Of a stretch of 32,000 nucleotides of DNA, positions 1 to 8,778 are shown in pieces; position 1 is the stretch's first letter; each line of letters opens with the position of its first letter. A program made the position numbers and the translations under genes. A model generated the notes under the pieces. It searched no databases and was not told the origin of the DNA. It saw nothing but the letters and a program-made list of their open reading frames with translations. This stretch comes from an archaeon (GTDB lineage: Archaea; Iainarchaeota; Iainarchaeia; Iainarchaeales; CSSED10-239): the NCBI GenBank assembly GCA_035357435.1, contig DAOPNM010000002.1, forward strand, positions 1,157 through 33,156. Direction: 5' to 3'.

Positions 1-261
1 AGAAACTAAAATTATAAATAAAACTTCCCCAACTGGAAAACTAAAAATAAATCCTAAAACACCAAGAAGAAAAGAAGCTAATGGAGGTCTAAATGGTTCA
101 AAATAAAATCCATTTGCAAACCAATATTTTCCATTCATAACATATGTTCCAAAATCCCAGGATAAAACATTGACCTTTTGATAAATAAAAAATAAAGTAG
201 TAATTATAAACAAAACAATAAACAACCAATTTTTAGAAAAAAAATCTTTTAAATTTTGCAT
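1..261 (-). CDS. N-terminal part of a polytopic GT-C-type glycosyltransferase (PMT_2/ArnT-like). The CDS continues past the left window edge.
   Basis: ATG at 261..259. I translated an open frame to position 1: MQNLKDFFSKNWLFIVLFIITTLFF...YFEPFRPPLASFLLGVLGF. It has hydrophobic helices and an RPPL loop motif typical of GT-C enzymes. It lies directly downstream of a GT2 gene, an ArnC/ArnT-like pairing. It is absent from the ORF track because it is truncated. Confidence 0.45.
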   Translation of the reverse strand, partial: MQNLKDFFSKNWLFIVLFIITTLFFIYQKVNVLSWDFGTYVMNGKYWFANGFYFEPFRPPLASFLLGVLGFIFSFPVGEVLFIILVS

Positions 262-271
262 ATTTTTATCT

Positions 272-988
272 TTACCTTTTGTTTTTTCTAAGATACCAAT
301 ACATTCTCCATAAACCAGACAAATCCTCTTTAATGGTTTTACCTATATGAACAGAACTAGTAGTATCGTCTGCCCAATTTACAGGAACAGAACAAATTTT
401 AAATTTATATTTTTTTTCTGCCAATAACAGTAATTCAGTATCAAAAAAGAAACCATCATTTTTAATTTCTGGAGAAAGTTGCTCAAAAACAGAACGTTTT
501 ATTGCTTTAAAACCACACTGTGCATCAGGGAAAGAAACATTAAAAAATAATTTAAGTAATAAATTATAAGATTTAGAAACAAATGTTCTTTTAAAACCTC
601 TTTTTACTTTAGATTCTTTACTTAGCCTAGAACCTATTGCTACATCATAATCTTCTTTAACTATTTTATTAATCAATATTGGGAAAGCAGAAAGATCTGT
701 TGACAAATCAATATCCATAAATGAATAAATATCAAAATCTTTATTTTGCCAAGCTTGCTTTATAGCAAGGCCTTTTCCTTTTTTTGGTAAATATAAATAT
801 TTTATATTTTTATAACTTTTTTCTAAATCCTTTCCAATCTTACCAGTACCATCTGTTGAATTATTATCTGCTATTACAATTTGAAAAGAATAAGGTAAAC
901 TTTTTTCTAAAAAAGAATATAACTTGTTAACATTTTTACTTAATTGTTTTTCTTCATTATATACAGGTAAAGCTATAAGTATTTTCAT
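272..988 (-). CDS. Family 2 glycosyltransferase (dolichyl/polyprenyl-phosphate sugar synthase-like)
   Basis: ILIALPVYNEE...VIADNNSTDGT...MDIDLSTD are GT2 signatures, including a DxD-like motif. The track ORF begins at a TTG at 1057 with a hydrophobic junk extension. The first ATG (MKILIALP) is at 988. Confidence 0.85.
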   Translation of the reverse strand: MKILIALPVYNEEKQLSKNVNKLYSFLEKSLPYSFQIVIADNNSTDGTGKIGKDLEKSYKNIKYLYLPKKGKGLAIKQAWQNKDFDIYSFMDIDLSTDLSAFPILINKIVKEDYDVAIGSRLSKESKVKRGFKRTFVSKSYNLLLKLFFNVSFPDAQCGFKAIKRSVFEQLSPEIKNDGFFFDTELLLLAEKKYKFKICSVPVNWADDTTSSVHIGKTIKEDLSGLWRMYWYLRKNKR

Positions 989-1399
989 AAAATCCCATTT
1001 TACAAAAAAAAATAATTCCACAATTAAAAATAACCAAACAATAATTAAAAGACACAAACAATTTATAAAAGAAATGCTAATAACTTTTTAAAATAAAAAA
1101 TACATTTTGGAAAACATGAACTTAATTTTAAAAATTATATAAATATAGATTTCTCTAATATATGAGTTCAATTATTAAAAAAAGAAGTTACCTAATAAAA
1201 TATTTAATAAAAAAGAAAAAAAATAATATAAATGTGTCCAAGATTTAATGCTTTGAATGAAAAAGATATTTTTTTCTAAAAATAAAACTTTAATTGTTAA
1301 AAGATAGGATCCGGACATTTACTCTGTTCCAAAAATAATATATCCCCACACGTCTATATATCTTTGCCTTTCAAAAATGTGTAATCGGAGTAATAGAAA

Positions 1400-2851
1400 A
1401 TGCAGAGATATTTATATTTAACAAATGCAAAATATGATGATGAAAAAAACAGAATACTTCTCTATCTATCAGACCAAGGGACATCAACCAAAACAAATTA
1501 TATATATAAAGAAAAATTTAACCCCTTTTTCTTAGTTGATGCTCCTTCTGATATTATTACACAATTACTTTCTGAATTTAAAAAAGATATAAAAATAGAA
1601 ACATTAACAACCACCAAAACCAAACTAATTGCAAACAATTTTCAAACATTACAGAAATGTCACAAAATACTAACAAATTCATTAAACAAAAACATTTTGT
1701 TGATTGAACCAGAAAGACAATATCTTATAGAAAAAAATTGGAGTTATTATGATGTTTTCTTAAATGTTAGTGATAAAATAAAACATATAAAAAACCAAAC
1801 AAAAATACATGACATTATCAAAGAAACAACAAATGAATTAGAAGAAATTAAGAAAATTAAAATAATCCCTGAACTTACAAGAAAATTAATTATAAGCAAT
1901 ATTTTAAAAATAAAACCAGAACAGAACATACAAAATGATGAAATATTAAATATATTATTCGAAAACTATTTTTTTAAAAAAAACATAGTTCTAAAAAACA
2001 AATCAAAAATACAATTTGAACAAAAAAAAATTAATTTAAAAAACACAATGAATTTAGATTTTTCAAACATTTGGCCACATCTTTTAAAAAAAGAATTTTA
2101 TAATATAGGATATGAAACTATTGATTGTGACTGTTGCAAACCAAAAAACATATTTGATACAAACACACTTGCATCTTCTTTTGTAGAAGTAGAATTTATA
2201 TACAATGGATTTTATTTTATATCAAAAGATAAAGAATGGGCATGGGAATACCACAACACTAAAGAGAACAAAGATAAAAGACAAAACTATAAATTACAAA
2301 ATAAATTAAAAGAATATCCAATTGGGCCGTTCTTTAAAGGACAAAAAGAAAAAATACCATTAATAGATGCTTTGGGTTTAGTGGAGAATAATAACATAAT
2401 TCTTACAAATGGAGAACATGATCTTCATTGGTTTTGTAAAAAACAAGAATCTTTTGTTTCTGAAATTATAAAAGAAATTGAAGAAAAATTAAAAATAATT
2501 GAAGAATCTATAAATCTTAGCACTTATATAAACTATTCAAAAGGTATGAATTTACAATTAGAAAACAATTTAAATTATTTACAATATCTTACAGAATATT
2601 CTATATTAAACAATTTATTAGAAGAAATACCTAAATTTATGACACACACAAATACAAAATTTTATGATCCCTTAATATCAAAAAGTATAAAAGACATAAA
2701 ACAACAAACATTTATAAAAATAGAGGGAGAAAACAACAGATTAATAGAAAATAAGGAAAATGTATTAGTTAGAGAAAAAACAATATTAATAAAAATAAAC
2801 AACTATTTCCCAAAAATGAATTTGCCAATACCTAAATTAATTACACAATAA
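1400..2851 (+). CDS. Hypothetical protein, 483 aa; possible degenerate family-B DNA polymerase-like protein (see findings)
   Basis: Long clean ORF with GGAG about 9 nt upstream of the ATG. By eye the N-terminus (NRILLYL..KFNPFFLV..PERQYLIEKN) and NLDFSNIWP resemble the PolB N-terminal domain and motif A. No exonuclease DxE motif and no DTD motif are present. Confidence 0.7.
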   Translation: MQRYLYLTNAKYDDEKNRILLYLSDQGTSTKTNYIYKEKFNPFFLVDAPSDIITQLLSEFKKDIKIETLTTTKTKLIANNFQTLQKCHKILTNSLNKNILLIEPERQYLIEKNWSYYDVFLNVSDKIKHIKNQTKIHDIIKETTNELEEIKKIKIIPELTRKLIISNILKIKPEQNIQNDEILNILFENYFFKKNIVLKNKSKIQFEQKKINLKNTMNLDFSNIWPHLLKKEFYNIGYETIDCDCCKPKNIFDTNTLASSFVEVEFIYNGFYFISKDKEWAWEYHNTKENKDKRQNYKLQNKLKEYPIGPFFKGQKEKIPLIDALGLVENNNIILTNGEHDLHWFCKKQESFVSEIIKEIEEKLKIIEESINLSTYINYSKGMNLQLENNLNYLQYLTEYSILNNLLEEIPKFMTHTNTKFYDPLISKSIKDIKQQTFIKIEGENNRLIENKENVLVREKTILIKINNYFPKMNLPIPKLITQ

Positions 2852-2902
2852 TGTCTTTTTAAAGAACTGTTTCTATATAGATACAATAATAATATTTACA
2901 TA

Positions 2903-3442
2903 TTACAAAGTAAAATAAAGCAAAAGAAATGCAGAAACATTATACAACATATGTGCTAAATAATTAGGCCACAAATTGTTTGTTTTTTGGAAGTACCTAC
3001 CAAGCAAAACCCCTAAAACAAATGCACCAAATATTTCTACAATCGAACCATAGGCAATATGCATACATGCAAAAATAATACTTGATAAAATAACCCCTAT
3101 CCTTTTTACCAAAAACCCTCTAAAAAACCATTCTTCGAAAAACACCCTTACTATAAAAAGATAAATTAAATATGTTTTTGGCAAACTTAATAATGTTTTA
3201 GAAACTAAAGAAAGATCTTGAAATCCAAACAAAGAAAAAACAAAACTAAGAAAAAAACTTGTACAAAAAATTAAAAAAAACAAAATACATGTGTGTTTAA
3301 CTAAAGATTTAAAAGAGATTTTTTTTAAACCTAACTCTTTAAAAACATCCTTTATATTTCTAATTTTAAAAACAAAAATAAGAATAAATAATGGTAAAAT
3401 AAAAAAAAGTATGTCTAAAAAAAAATCAAAGATATTTAACAC
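2903..3442 (-). CDS. CPBP family intramembrane glutamic endopeptidase (CAAX protease-like)
   Basis: Motifs EEWFFRGF, FACMHIAYG and HMLYN in a multi-TM protein. The apparent start is GTG, with no in-frame ATG nearby. Confidence 0.8.
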   Translation of the reverse strand: MLNIFDFFLDILFFILPLFILIFVFKIRNIKDVFKELGLKKISFKSLVKHTCILFFLIFCTSFFLSFVFSLFGFQDLSLVSKTLLSLPKTYLIYLFIVRVFFEEWFFRGFLVKRIGVILSSIIFACMHIAYGSIVEIFGAFVLGVLLGRYFQKTNNLWPNYLAHMLYNVSAFLLLYFTL

Positions 3443-3465
3443 CCATTAATTTACTTACTATTTAA

Positions 3466-3681
3466 TTATTCCCAAATAGTTAAACCACAACGCCCGCAAG
3501 CATATCTTGTTTTTCCAGATTTTTCTTTATGTGCACCCATTTTTACGCCTTGCCCACATTTAGAACAATCTTTTCCTAATCTTTCCACTTTATCATCTAC
3601 AACTTTATAAAATTTATTTTTTTTAACTCTTACAGTTTTCTTTTTAACTTTTTTCCCTTTTCTTTCTTTTTTATTTGCCAT
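3466..3681 (-). CDS. rps27ae: 30S ribosomal protein S27ae (eS31)
   Basis: Zinc ribbon CSKCG...CGRCG with a Lys-rich N-terminus, in the conserved S24e-S27ae pair. The ATG at 3681 is preceded by GTGAT. The track start at 3687 is a TTG. Confidence 0.9.
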   Translation of the reverse strand: MANKKERKGKKVKKKTVRVKKNKFYKVVDDKVERLGKDCSKCGQGVKMGAHKEKSGKTRYACGRCGLTIWE

Positions 3682-3694
3682 AATCAATCACAAT

Positions 3695-4015
3695 TTATTT
3701 TTCATCTTCTATTTTTGTTTGTTCTTTATTTTTTACACTCTTTTTTTCTGGGAATGTTCTAATTATTTTATAATCTAATTCTATTTGTTTAAGATAGTCT
3801 TCAGAATCATACACTTTAACATATGCTTGTGAAATATTTCTTCCAAAATCTTGAGAGATCTTATCTACTACTATTAAATTTTCATCAACACCCATTAATG
3901 CAGCAATCTTTTTAACTAACTCTTGTCTAGATGGGGTTTTTGTAGATTTTATTTTTGCAAGAACATTTGTTCTGTGTAAAAGTTCATTTTTTGATTTTGT
4001 TATTTCTATATCCAT
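3695..4015 (-). CDS. rps24e: 30S ribosomal protein S24e
   Basis: ITKSKNELLHRTNVL...TPSRQELVKKIAALMGVDENLIVVDKI is typical S24e. AGGTGGA SD upstream. Conserved synteny. Confidence 0.9.
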   Translation of the reverse strand: MDIEITKSKNELLHRTNVLAKIKSTKTPSRQELVKKIAALMGVDENLIVVDKISQDFGRNISQAYVKVYDSEDYLKQIELDYKIIRTFPEKKSVKNKEQTKIEDEK

Positions 4016-4033
4016 ATATTTCCACCTTTTATT

Positions 4034-4258
4034 TTATCTACTTAATCTTAATGCATATTTTCCAGGAGTAGACACACCCATTGCCTTTGCAACTTCTGAT
4101 TTTTCAGGATCAATTATAACAGCCATACCTTTCCAAAATGTTGTAAACGTGGTATTCCCACATACAGGGCATTCTAAAATTTCTGATTTCTTCTTATTTT
4201 TTGGATTATCCTGTTCTTCAATTATATATCTACATTTTCTACAAACTTTCTTTGTCAT
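4034..4258 (-). CDS. spt4: Transcription elongation factor Spt4 (RNA polymerase subunit E'')
   Basis: C4 zinc ribbon CRKC...CPVCG followed by WKGMAVIIDPEKSEVAK. It lies immediately downstream of Rpo7, as in most archaea. Confidence 0.9.
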   Translation of the reverse strand: MTKKVCRKCRYIIEEQDNPKNKKKSEILECPVCGNTTFTTFWKGMAVIIDPEKSEVAKAMGVSTPGKYALRLSR

Positions 4259-4289
4259 TTCAAATCACATTTTTAACAAAACATTTTTT

Positions 4290-4904
4290 TTATTTTGCCA
4301 CCTTTTTTTTCTTTACTTGTGGTTTCTCTTCTTTTTTAGAGGTTTTCTTTTTTTCCTTTTTTATATCTTCTTTAAGCCATTCTTGTTTTCCTAGACCTAA
4401 TTGTCTCATTGTTAAACCTATTTTAGAATCAGCAAGTGTTGATCTAAAACTAACACTTACAACTCTTGTTAACACATGGTCTCCTACTTTCAAAACTCTT
4501 TTTGTTTCTTTTGAAATAAAGCCAGGCAATTCTGGATTATAAGAATTAAATTCAGACATAATCTGAGAAATATGGCAAAGCCCTTCACATGGGCCTATTG
4601 AAATAAATGCACCAAAATCAGTTGCTTGTTTTACCTCACCATAAACAACTTCATGTAATTTTGGGAGAAATGAAATTACAGAAAATTTTACTTTATAAAA
4701 AACATTTGGATCATTAGGAACAATTTCGCCTTCATCATAATCTAAAACATCTGTAACTGCAATAATTAAACCAATATTTTTATCAATTGTCCCTTCATAA
4801 TCTGCACATAATTGCTGTTTAATAATATCTTTTAACTCACCAATAAGATTAAGTGGAGATACTGCAATAATTCCATCAAGATCATATCTTTTATAACCCA
4901 TCAT
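4290..4904 (-). CDS. rpoE: DNA-directed RNA polymerase subunit Rpo7 (E')
   Basis: The N-terminal domain plus S1 domain (GEVKQATDFGAFISIGPCEGLCHISQI) aligns from MGYKRY to archaeal RpoE1. The track start at 4928 is a TTG. ATGs lie at 4904 and 4901 next to GGTGA. The C-terminal tail is Lys-rich. Confidence 0.85.
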   Translation of the reverse strand: MMGYKRYDLDGIIAVSPLNLIGELKDIIKQQLCADYEGTIDKNIGLIIAVTDVLDYDEGEIVPNDPNVFYKVKFSVISFLPKLHEVVYGEVKQATDFGAFISIGPCEGLCHISQIMSEFNSYNPELPGFISKETKRVLKVGDHVLTRVVSVSFRSTLADSKIGLTMRQLGLGKQEWLKEDIKKEKKKTSKKEEKPQVKKKKVAK

Positions 4905-4959
4905 TTCACCATTAATAATTATTCCCAAACAATTTATAATTAATACTATTTATTTCAAT

Positions 4960-5355
4960 TTAAACAAAAACAGCAGACTTTTCTTTTAAAACAAATACTC
5001 TCCCATTCTTGTTTTTTATTTTTTCTTTTAATTTTCTATCATTTGTATATATTATATATTCATCAGATAAATATAATAATATATCATCTACTTTATATTT
5101 TTTTAAAATACTCTTATCAACTTTTAAAATTTCAAACTTATTTGCTGAATGCAATTTTTCTAAAAAATTTAAAAACAATCTTTTTTTATTAACCTTATTT
5201 TTAAACACATTTTCTATTTCTGTATATATTTCATCTAAAACATAAAATTTTACATCAGGTATTATTTTTTCTACAAACTCAAATATGTCTCGTTTAGATT
5301 CATACATGTATATTAAAACATTAGTATCAATCAAAACTTTATTTAACTTCTCCAT
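4960..5355 (-). CDS. PIN-domain ribonuclease (Fcf1/Utp24-like, COG1412-type)
   Basis: VLIDTNVLIY places the PIN acidic residue near the N-terminus. The gene occupies the conserved slot between aIF2-gamma and Rpo7. It overlaps the aIF2-gamma 3' end by 17 nt. Confidence 0.75.
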   Translation of the reverse strand: MEKLNKVLIDTNVLIYMYESKRDIFEFVEKIIPDVKFYVLDEIYTEIENVFKNKVNKKRLFLNFLEKLHSANKFEILKVDKSILKKYKVDDILLYLSDEYIIYTNDRKLKEKIKNKNGRVFVLKEKSAVFV

Positions 5356-6547
5356 ACCCTGATAATCTCCAACGATTATTTACATTCCTACTAATTGCAA
5401 CCTTTTCATTTTTATAATAAACACAAGATTTATTTAAAGACAATTCTAAAACATTTCCTTTAAGTTTCAAAATAACACCTAAATATGCTTGTGAACCTAT
5501 TACAACAACTAATTTTTCACCAACACTAAATGGTGTTTTATTTGAGTCAACTAATGCATCTATCTTTGTATAAACTAAATCTATTTTTTGTGAAACAAAT
5601 GGTTTTGATTCTTCAGTACACAAAATCTCACCAACCATTTTATCACCTACACAAAAAAATGGATCTATATCTGTACCTACTGCAATTAAACCACCTGGAT
5701 GAACAGATTCATAAGATACATCTTCTGCATTTAATGATTTTATTTTAATCTCTATTGGCTTAGAAATACCAGGATATAACCATACTTTATCACCAACAGA
5801 CAATTTACCTTGAATAACTGTTCCACCCAAAACTCCACCTTTTAAATCTTCTATCTTTGTACCAGGTTTATTAATATCAAAAGATCTAATTATCCTCATT
5901 TTCAAAGGTGCATTTAAATCGTGCTCTGGCGTAGGAATTGTATCCAATAATGCATAAATTAATGCATCTATATTAGTATCAAAATGTGCAGATGTGGGGA
6001 TAATTGGAGCATCATTATATCCTTCATTATCTAAAAATGCCCTAAGTTTTAAATATTGCTCTTTTGCCTTTTGTTTTGAAACTAAATCTATTTTATTTAA
6101 TGCAACAACCAAATGTTTTATCCCATGTATTTTTAATGCATTAAGATGTTCAACAGTTCTTGGTTGTGGTATATCCTCATTTACTGCTACAACTAATAGA
6201 CCGCCATCTAAAAGAGTAGCACCAGACAACATCACAGCCATTAATGTTTCATGTCCAGGAGAATCTACAAATGAAATTTTTTTCAAAAACTCTGTATTAC
6301 TGTTACAATATTTACATACTTGTGAATTTGTATAAGCTTGTAAACCCTTACATTTTGGGCATTTATAAAAAGAGACATCTGCATAACCTAATTTTATAGA
6401 AATCCCTTGTTTTATTTCTTCAGAATGCTTTGATGCCCATTTATTAGTAATCTTTGAAACTAAGGTAGTTTTCCCATGATCTACATGGCCAATTACACCA
6501 ATATTTAATTCTGATTGAACATTTTCTACTTTTTGTTTTGTTGTCAT
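5339..6547 (-). CDS. eif2g: Translation initiation factor aIF2 gamma subunit
   Basis: GHVDHGKTT, DSPGH and NKIDL GTPase motifs with the inserted zinc ribbon CPKCK...CKYC. GGAG SD upstream. Confidence 0.95.
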   Translation of the reverse strand: MTTKQKVENVQSELNIGVIGHVDHGKTTLVSKITNKWASKHSEEIKQGISIKLGYADVSFYKCPKCKGLQAYTNSQVCKYCNSNTEFLKKISFVDSPGHETLMAVMLSGATLLDGGLLVVAVNEDIPQPRTVEHLNALKIHGIKHLVVALNKIDLVSKQKAKEQYLKLRAFLDNEGYNDAPIIPTSAHFDTNIDALIYALLDTIPTPEHDLNAPLKMRIIRSFDINKPGTKIEDLKGGVLGGTVIQGKLSVGDKVWLYPGISKPIEIKIKSLNAEDVSYESVHPGGLIAVGTDIDPFFCVGDKMVGEILCTEESKPFVSQKIDLVYTKIDALVDSNKTPFSVGEKLVVVIGSQAYLGVILKLKGNVLELSLNKSCVYYKNEKVAISRNVNNRWRLSGYGEVK

Positions 6548-6573
6548 TGTTTATATCTCCACTAATATATCTA

Positions 6574-6960
6574 TTAATTCTTTTCTGGTTTACTTTTAGA
6601 ATATTTCTCTTCTAAAATTTTTGTATCACCAGAAATTATTTTCAAATTTATTTCTTGAATATTTGGCGTTATTATTCTTCCTGCAACTCTTTTTCTTTTT
6701 CTTTCACCTTTATTCTTAGTTTTAAAAGCAATACCTTTTGGAAGAAAAACTTTTTTAGTTTCAGTAACATCTAATGATGGATACATTGGGAAACCTTGTT
6801 TATCTCTTCCACCAGTAATTTCTGCTTTTAAATCTGGAGAAATAAAAGTTAAAGAAACCTTATCACTTATTTTTTTATTTAAAAAATTTAAACTATTTTT
6901 TTCATCAACCTCTACACAATATGTTTTAGTTGTCTTTGGATCTGAAAGATTTAGTTTCAT
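6574..6960 (-). CDS. rps6e: 30S ribosomal protein S6e
   Basis: MKLNLSDPKTTKTY...GGRDKQGFPM is typical S6e. The ATG at 6960 is preceded by AAGGTGA. The track start at 6969 is the GTG inside that SD. Confidence 0.9.
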   Translation of the reverse strand: MKLNLSDPKTTKTYCVEVDEKNSLNFLNKKISDKVSLTFISPDLKAEITGGRDKQGFPMYPSLDVTETKKVFLPKGIAFKTKNKGERKRKRVAGRIITPNIQEINLKIISGDTKILEEKYSKSKPEKN

Positions 6961-7011
6961 ATAATTCACCTTTTTATTTTTTTTCTAAATAATATACTAT
7001 ACATACATTTT

Positions 7012-8757
7012 TTATTTTGCATTAGTATACTTTAATTTTGCTTTATTTATTAATTCTAATTCTTTATCAGAAAAAGAATAATCTAACATCTCTAATTTTT
7101 TTATATTCTCATAGGTTAACAATGTTTCTAAAATTGAATCTTCTACAAAATCTTTTTCATAAACTGCATCTTTAATAGCAATTGCTGCTTCTTGAAATAA
7201 ATCTAAATGATCTATTTGTTTCCCATCAACTTCAATTGATTCAACAACCCCTACCTCTTTCCCTGTTTTATCAACTACTCTTGCATGAGGGTATAATTTC
7301 CCAACTAAAACCTTTACACCAACAATTGCAGGCTTACTTTTTCTGAAAATATGCTCTTTAAGTATTTGAAATCTACATGGAAATATTATTTCTTTCAAAA
7401 GATTTTCTTGTTCCTCTCTATTTATTTTATTTAGCCAATCTAAATAATCTTCAACAATTTTATAAATTATATTATTTTTAAAAACAGGAATCTTCAAATT
7501 AAGCAATTCATCTTCTAATTCTTTTGGGATATTTACATTAAATAAAAACAAAACGCCTTTTTTTGGATTCTTTTCATTAAGTACTTTTAACTCCATTATA
7601 TCTTTCTTAGAAACATCACCAATATCTGACTTCCCTACACAAATATTTTCTTTTTCTAATAATTTTAATAAAGCCTCAAGAGAACCTAAAGTATCTGCCT
7701 TAACAAACACTCCTTCTTCATTAGAAACATTACAAAATGTTTGAATATTTATATTTAAATGCTCTATTGCTTGTTTATCTTTAGAAGAAGCAATCCAGCT
7801 TCCAGGAATTACATTTTCTAAACCAGGTGCAACAATTTTTACACCAGATGCAGCACTGACAAATTCAACACTTTCATAATCTTTTTTTTTAATAACACCA
7901 GAAATCACTGGTGGCTTTAAAAGTGCTTTTATTTTTGTAAATTTAACACCATCTCTTGTCAAATATGCAATTTCATCCTTAACTCTTAAAATACCTTGAT
8001 ATAAAATAACGTCAATTGTTGGACCAACACCTTTAATCTCACCAACTTCTAAAATTGTGCCTTTGGGATGTTGTGATTCATCAATCACTAAATTCTGCCC
8101 CAAAAATCTTTGACTTAAAACACAAAGATACAAAAGAGATTCTGGTAAGCCCCATCCTTTCAATACAGATGTGGGAATAATTACTATTTGCTTTGTAAAA
8201 TCTTTTACATAATCATATCTATCTGCTTGAAAACCTAGATCAAACAACTGCCCAACAATTTTATAAATTAATTCATCTAATTTCTCTGAAACACTTCTAG
8301 ATTGATTATTTAAAACATTTGTTACACATTCACCTTCTTGATACCAACCAGAAATTAAATCAATTTTATTTGCTAAGATAATAAAGGGGACTTTGTACAT
8401 TTTCAAGATTTTAATTGACTCTATATCTTGTGCTTGTAAACCTTTATTAATATCTGTTACAAGGACAACAAGATCTGCTAAACTTCCACCCCTTTCTCTT
8501 AAATTATCAAAGACATTATGGCCAGGGGTATCAATAAACAAAAGACCTGGAATAGTTAACTCATAATTATATTTTTTAAGAAGATCTCCACAAAAAGAAC
8601 GGATAACATCTAAGGTAATTTCTGTTGCACCAATATGCTGCGTAATCTTTCCTGGTTCTTGTTTTGTTATAGAGGTACCTTTAATTTTGTCTATAAATGT
8701 TGTTTTTCCAGAGTCAATGTGACCCATAACTGTAATAATTGGTTGCCTATACAACAA
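7012..8757 (-). CDS. infB: Translation initiation factor aIF5B (IF-2 family GTPase)
   Basis: RQPIITVMGHIDSGKTT, DTPGH and NKIDL motifs, with length and domain order of archaeal aIF5B. The start codon is TTG at 8757 (or 8754), just downstream of GGTGA. Confidence 0.95.
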   Translation of the reverse strand: MLYRQPIITVMGHIDSGKTTFIDKIKGTSITKQEPGKITQHIGATEITLDVIRSFCGDLLKKYNYELTIPGLLFIDTPGHNVFDNLRERGGSLADLVVLVTDINKGLQAQDIESIKILKMYKVPFIILANKIDLISGWYQEGECVTNVLNNQSRSVSEKLDELIYKIVGQLFDLGFQADRYDYVKDFTKQIVIIPTSVLKGWGLPESLLYLCVLSQRFLGQNLVIDESQHPKGTILEVGEIKGVGPTIDVILYQGILRVKDEIAYLTRDGVKFTKIKALLKPPVISGVIKKKDYESVEFVSAASGVKIVAPGLENVIPGSWIASSKDKQAIEHLNINIQTFCNVSNEEGVFVKADTLGSLEALLKLLEKENICVGKSDIGDVSKKDIMELKVLNEKNPKKGVLFLFNVNIPKELEDELLNLKIPVFKNNIIYKIVEDYLDWLNKINREEQENLLKEIIFPCRFQILKEHIFRKSKPAIVGVKVLVGKLYPHARVVDKTGKEVGVVESIEVDGKQIDHLDLFQEAAIAIKDAVYEKDFVEDSILETLLTYENIKKLEMLDYSFSDKELELINKAKLKYTNAK

Positions 8758-8778
8758 AAATCACCTATTTTTTATTAA

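Noticed and set aside
1162-1248. Possibility that the shared GTGTCCAAGA..TAA motif is the conserved C-terminus (VSK[IK]-stop) of small peptides
   Set aside because: The first copy can be read as the end of a 28-codon ATG ORF. The second copy has no in-frame start codon after the preceding stop, so a coding explanation does not hold for both.
4149-4542. Two overlapping plus-strand ORFs (81 and 113 aa), Phe/Leu-rich
   Set aside because: They are antisense to spt4 and rpo7. Poly-F/L composition is the complement of Lys/Glu-rich codons. The same logic rejects these track ORFs: 1747-1929, 5009-5245, 5530-5748, 5994-6335, 12123-12395, 16308-16541, 17992-18276, 18895-19309, 20966-21175, 21479-21667, 24581-24826, 25026-25253, 25470-25921, 27445-27663, 28766-29008 and 31725-31907.
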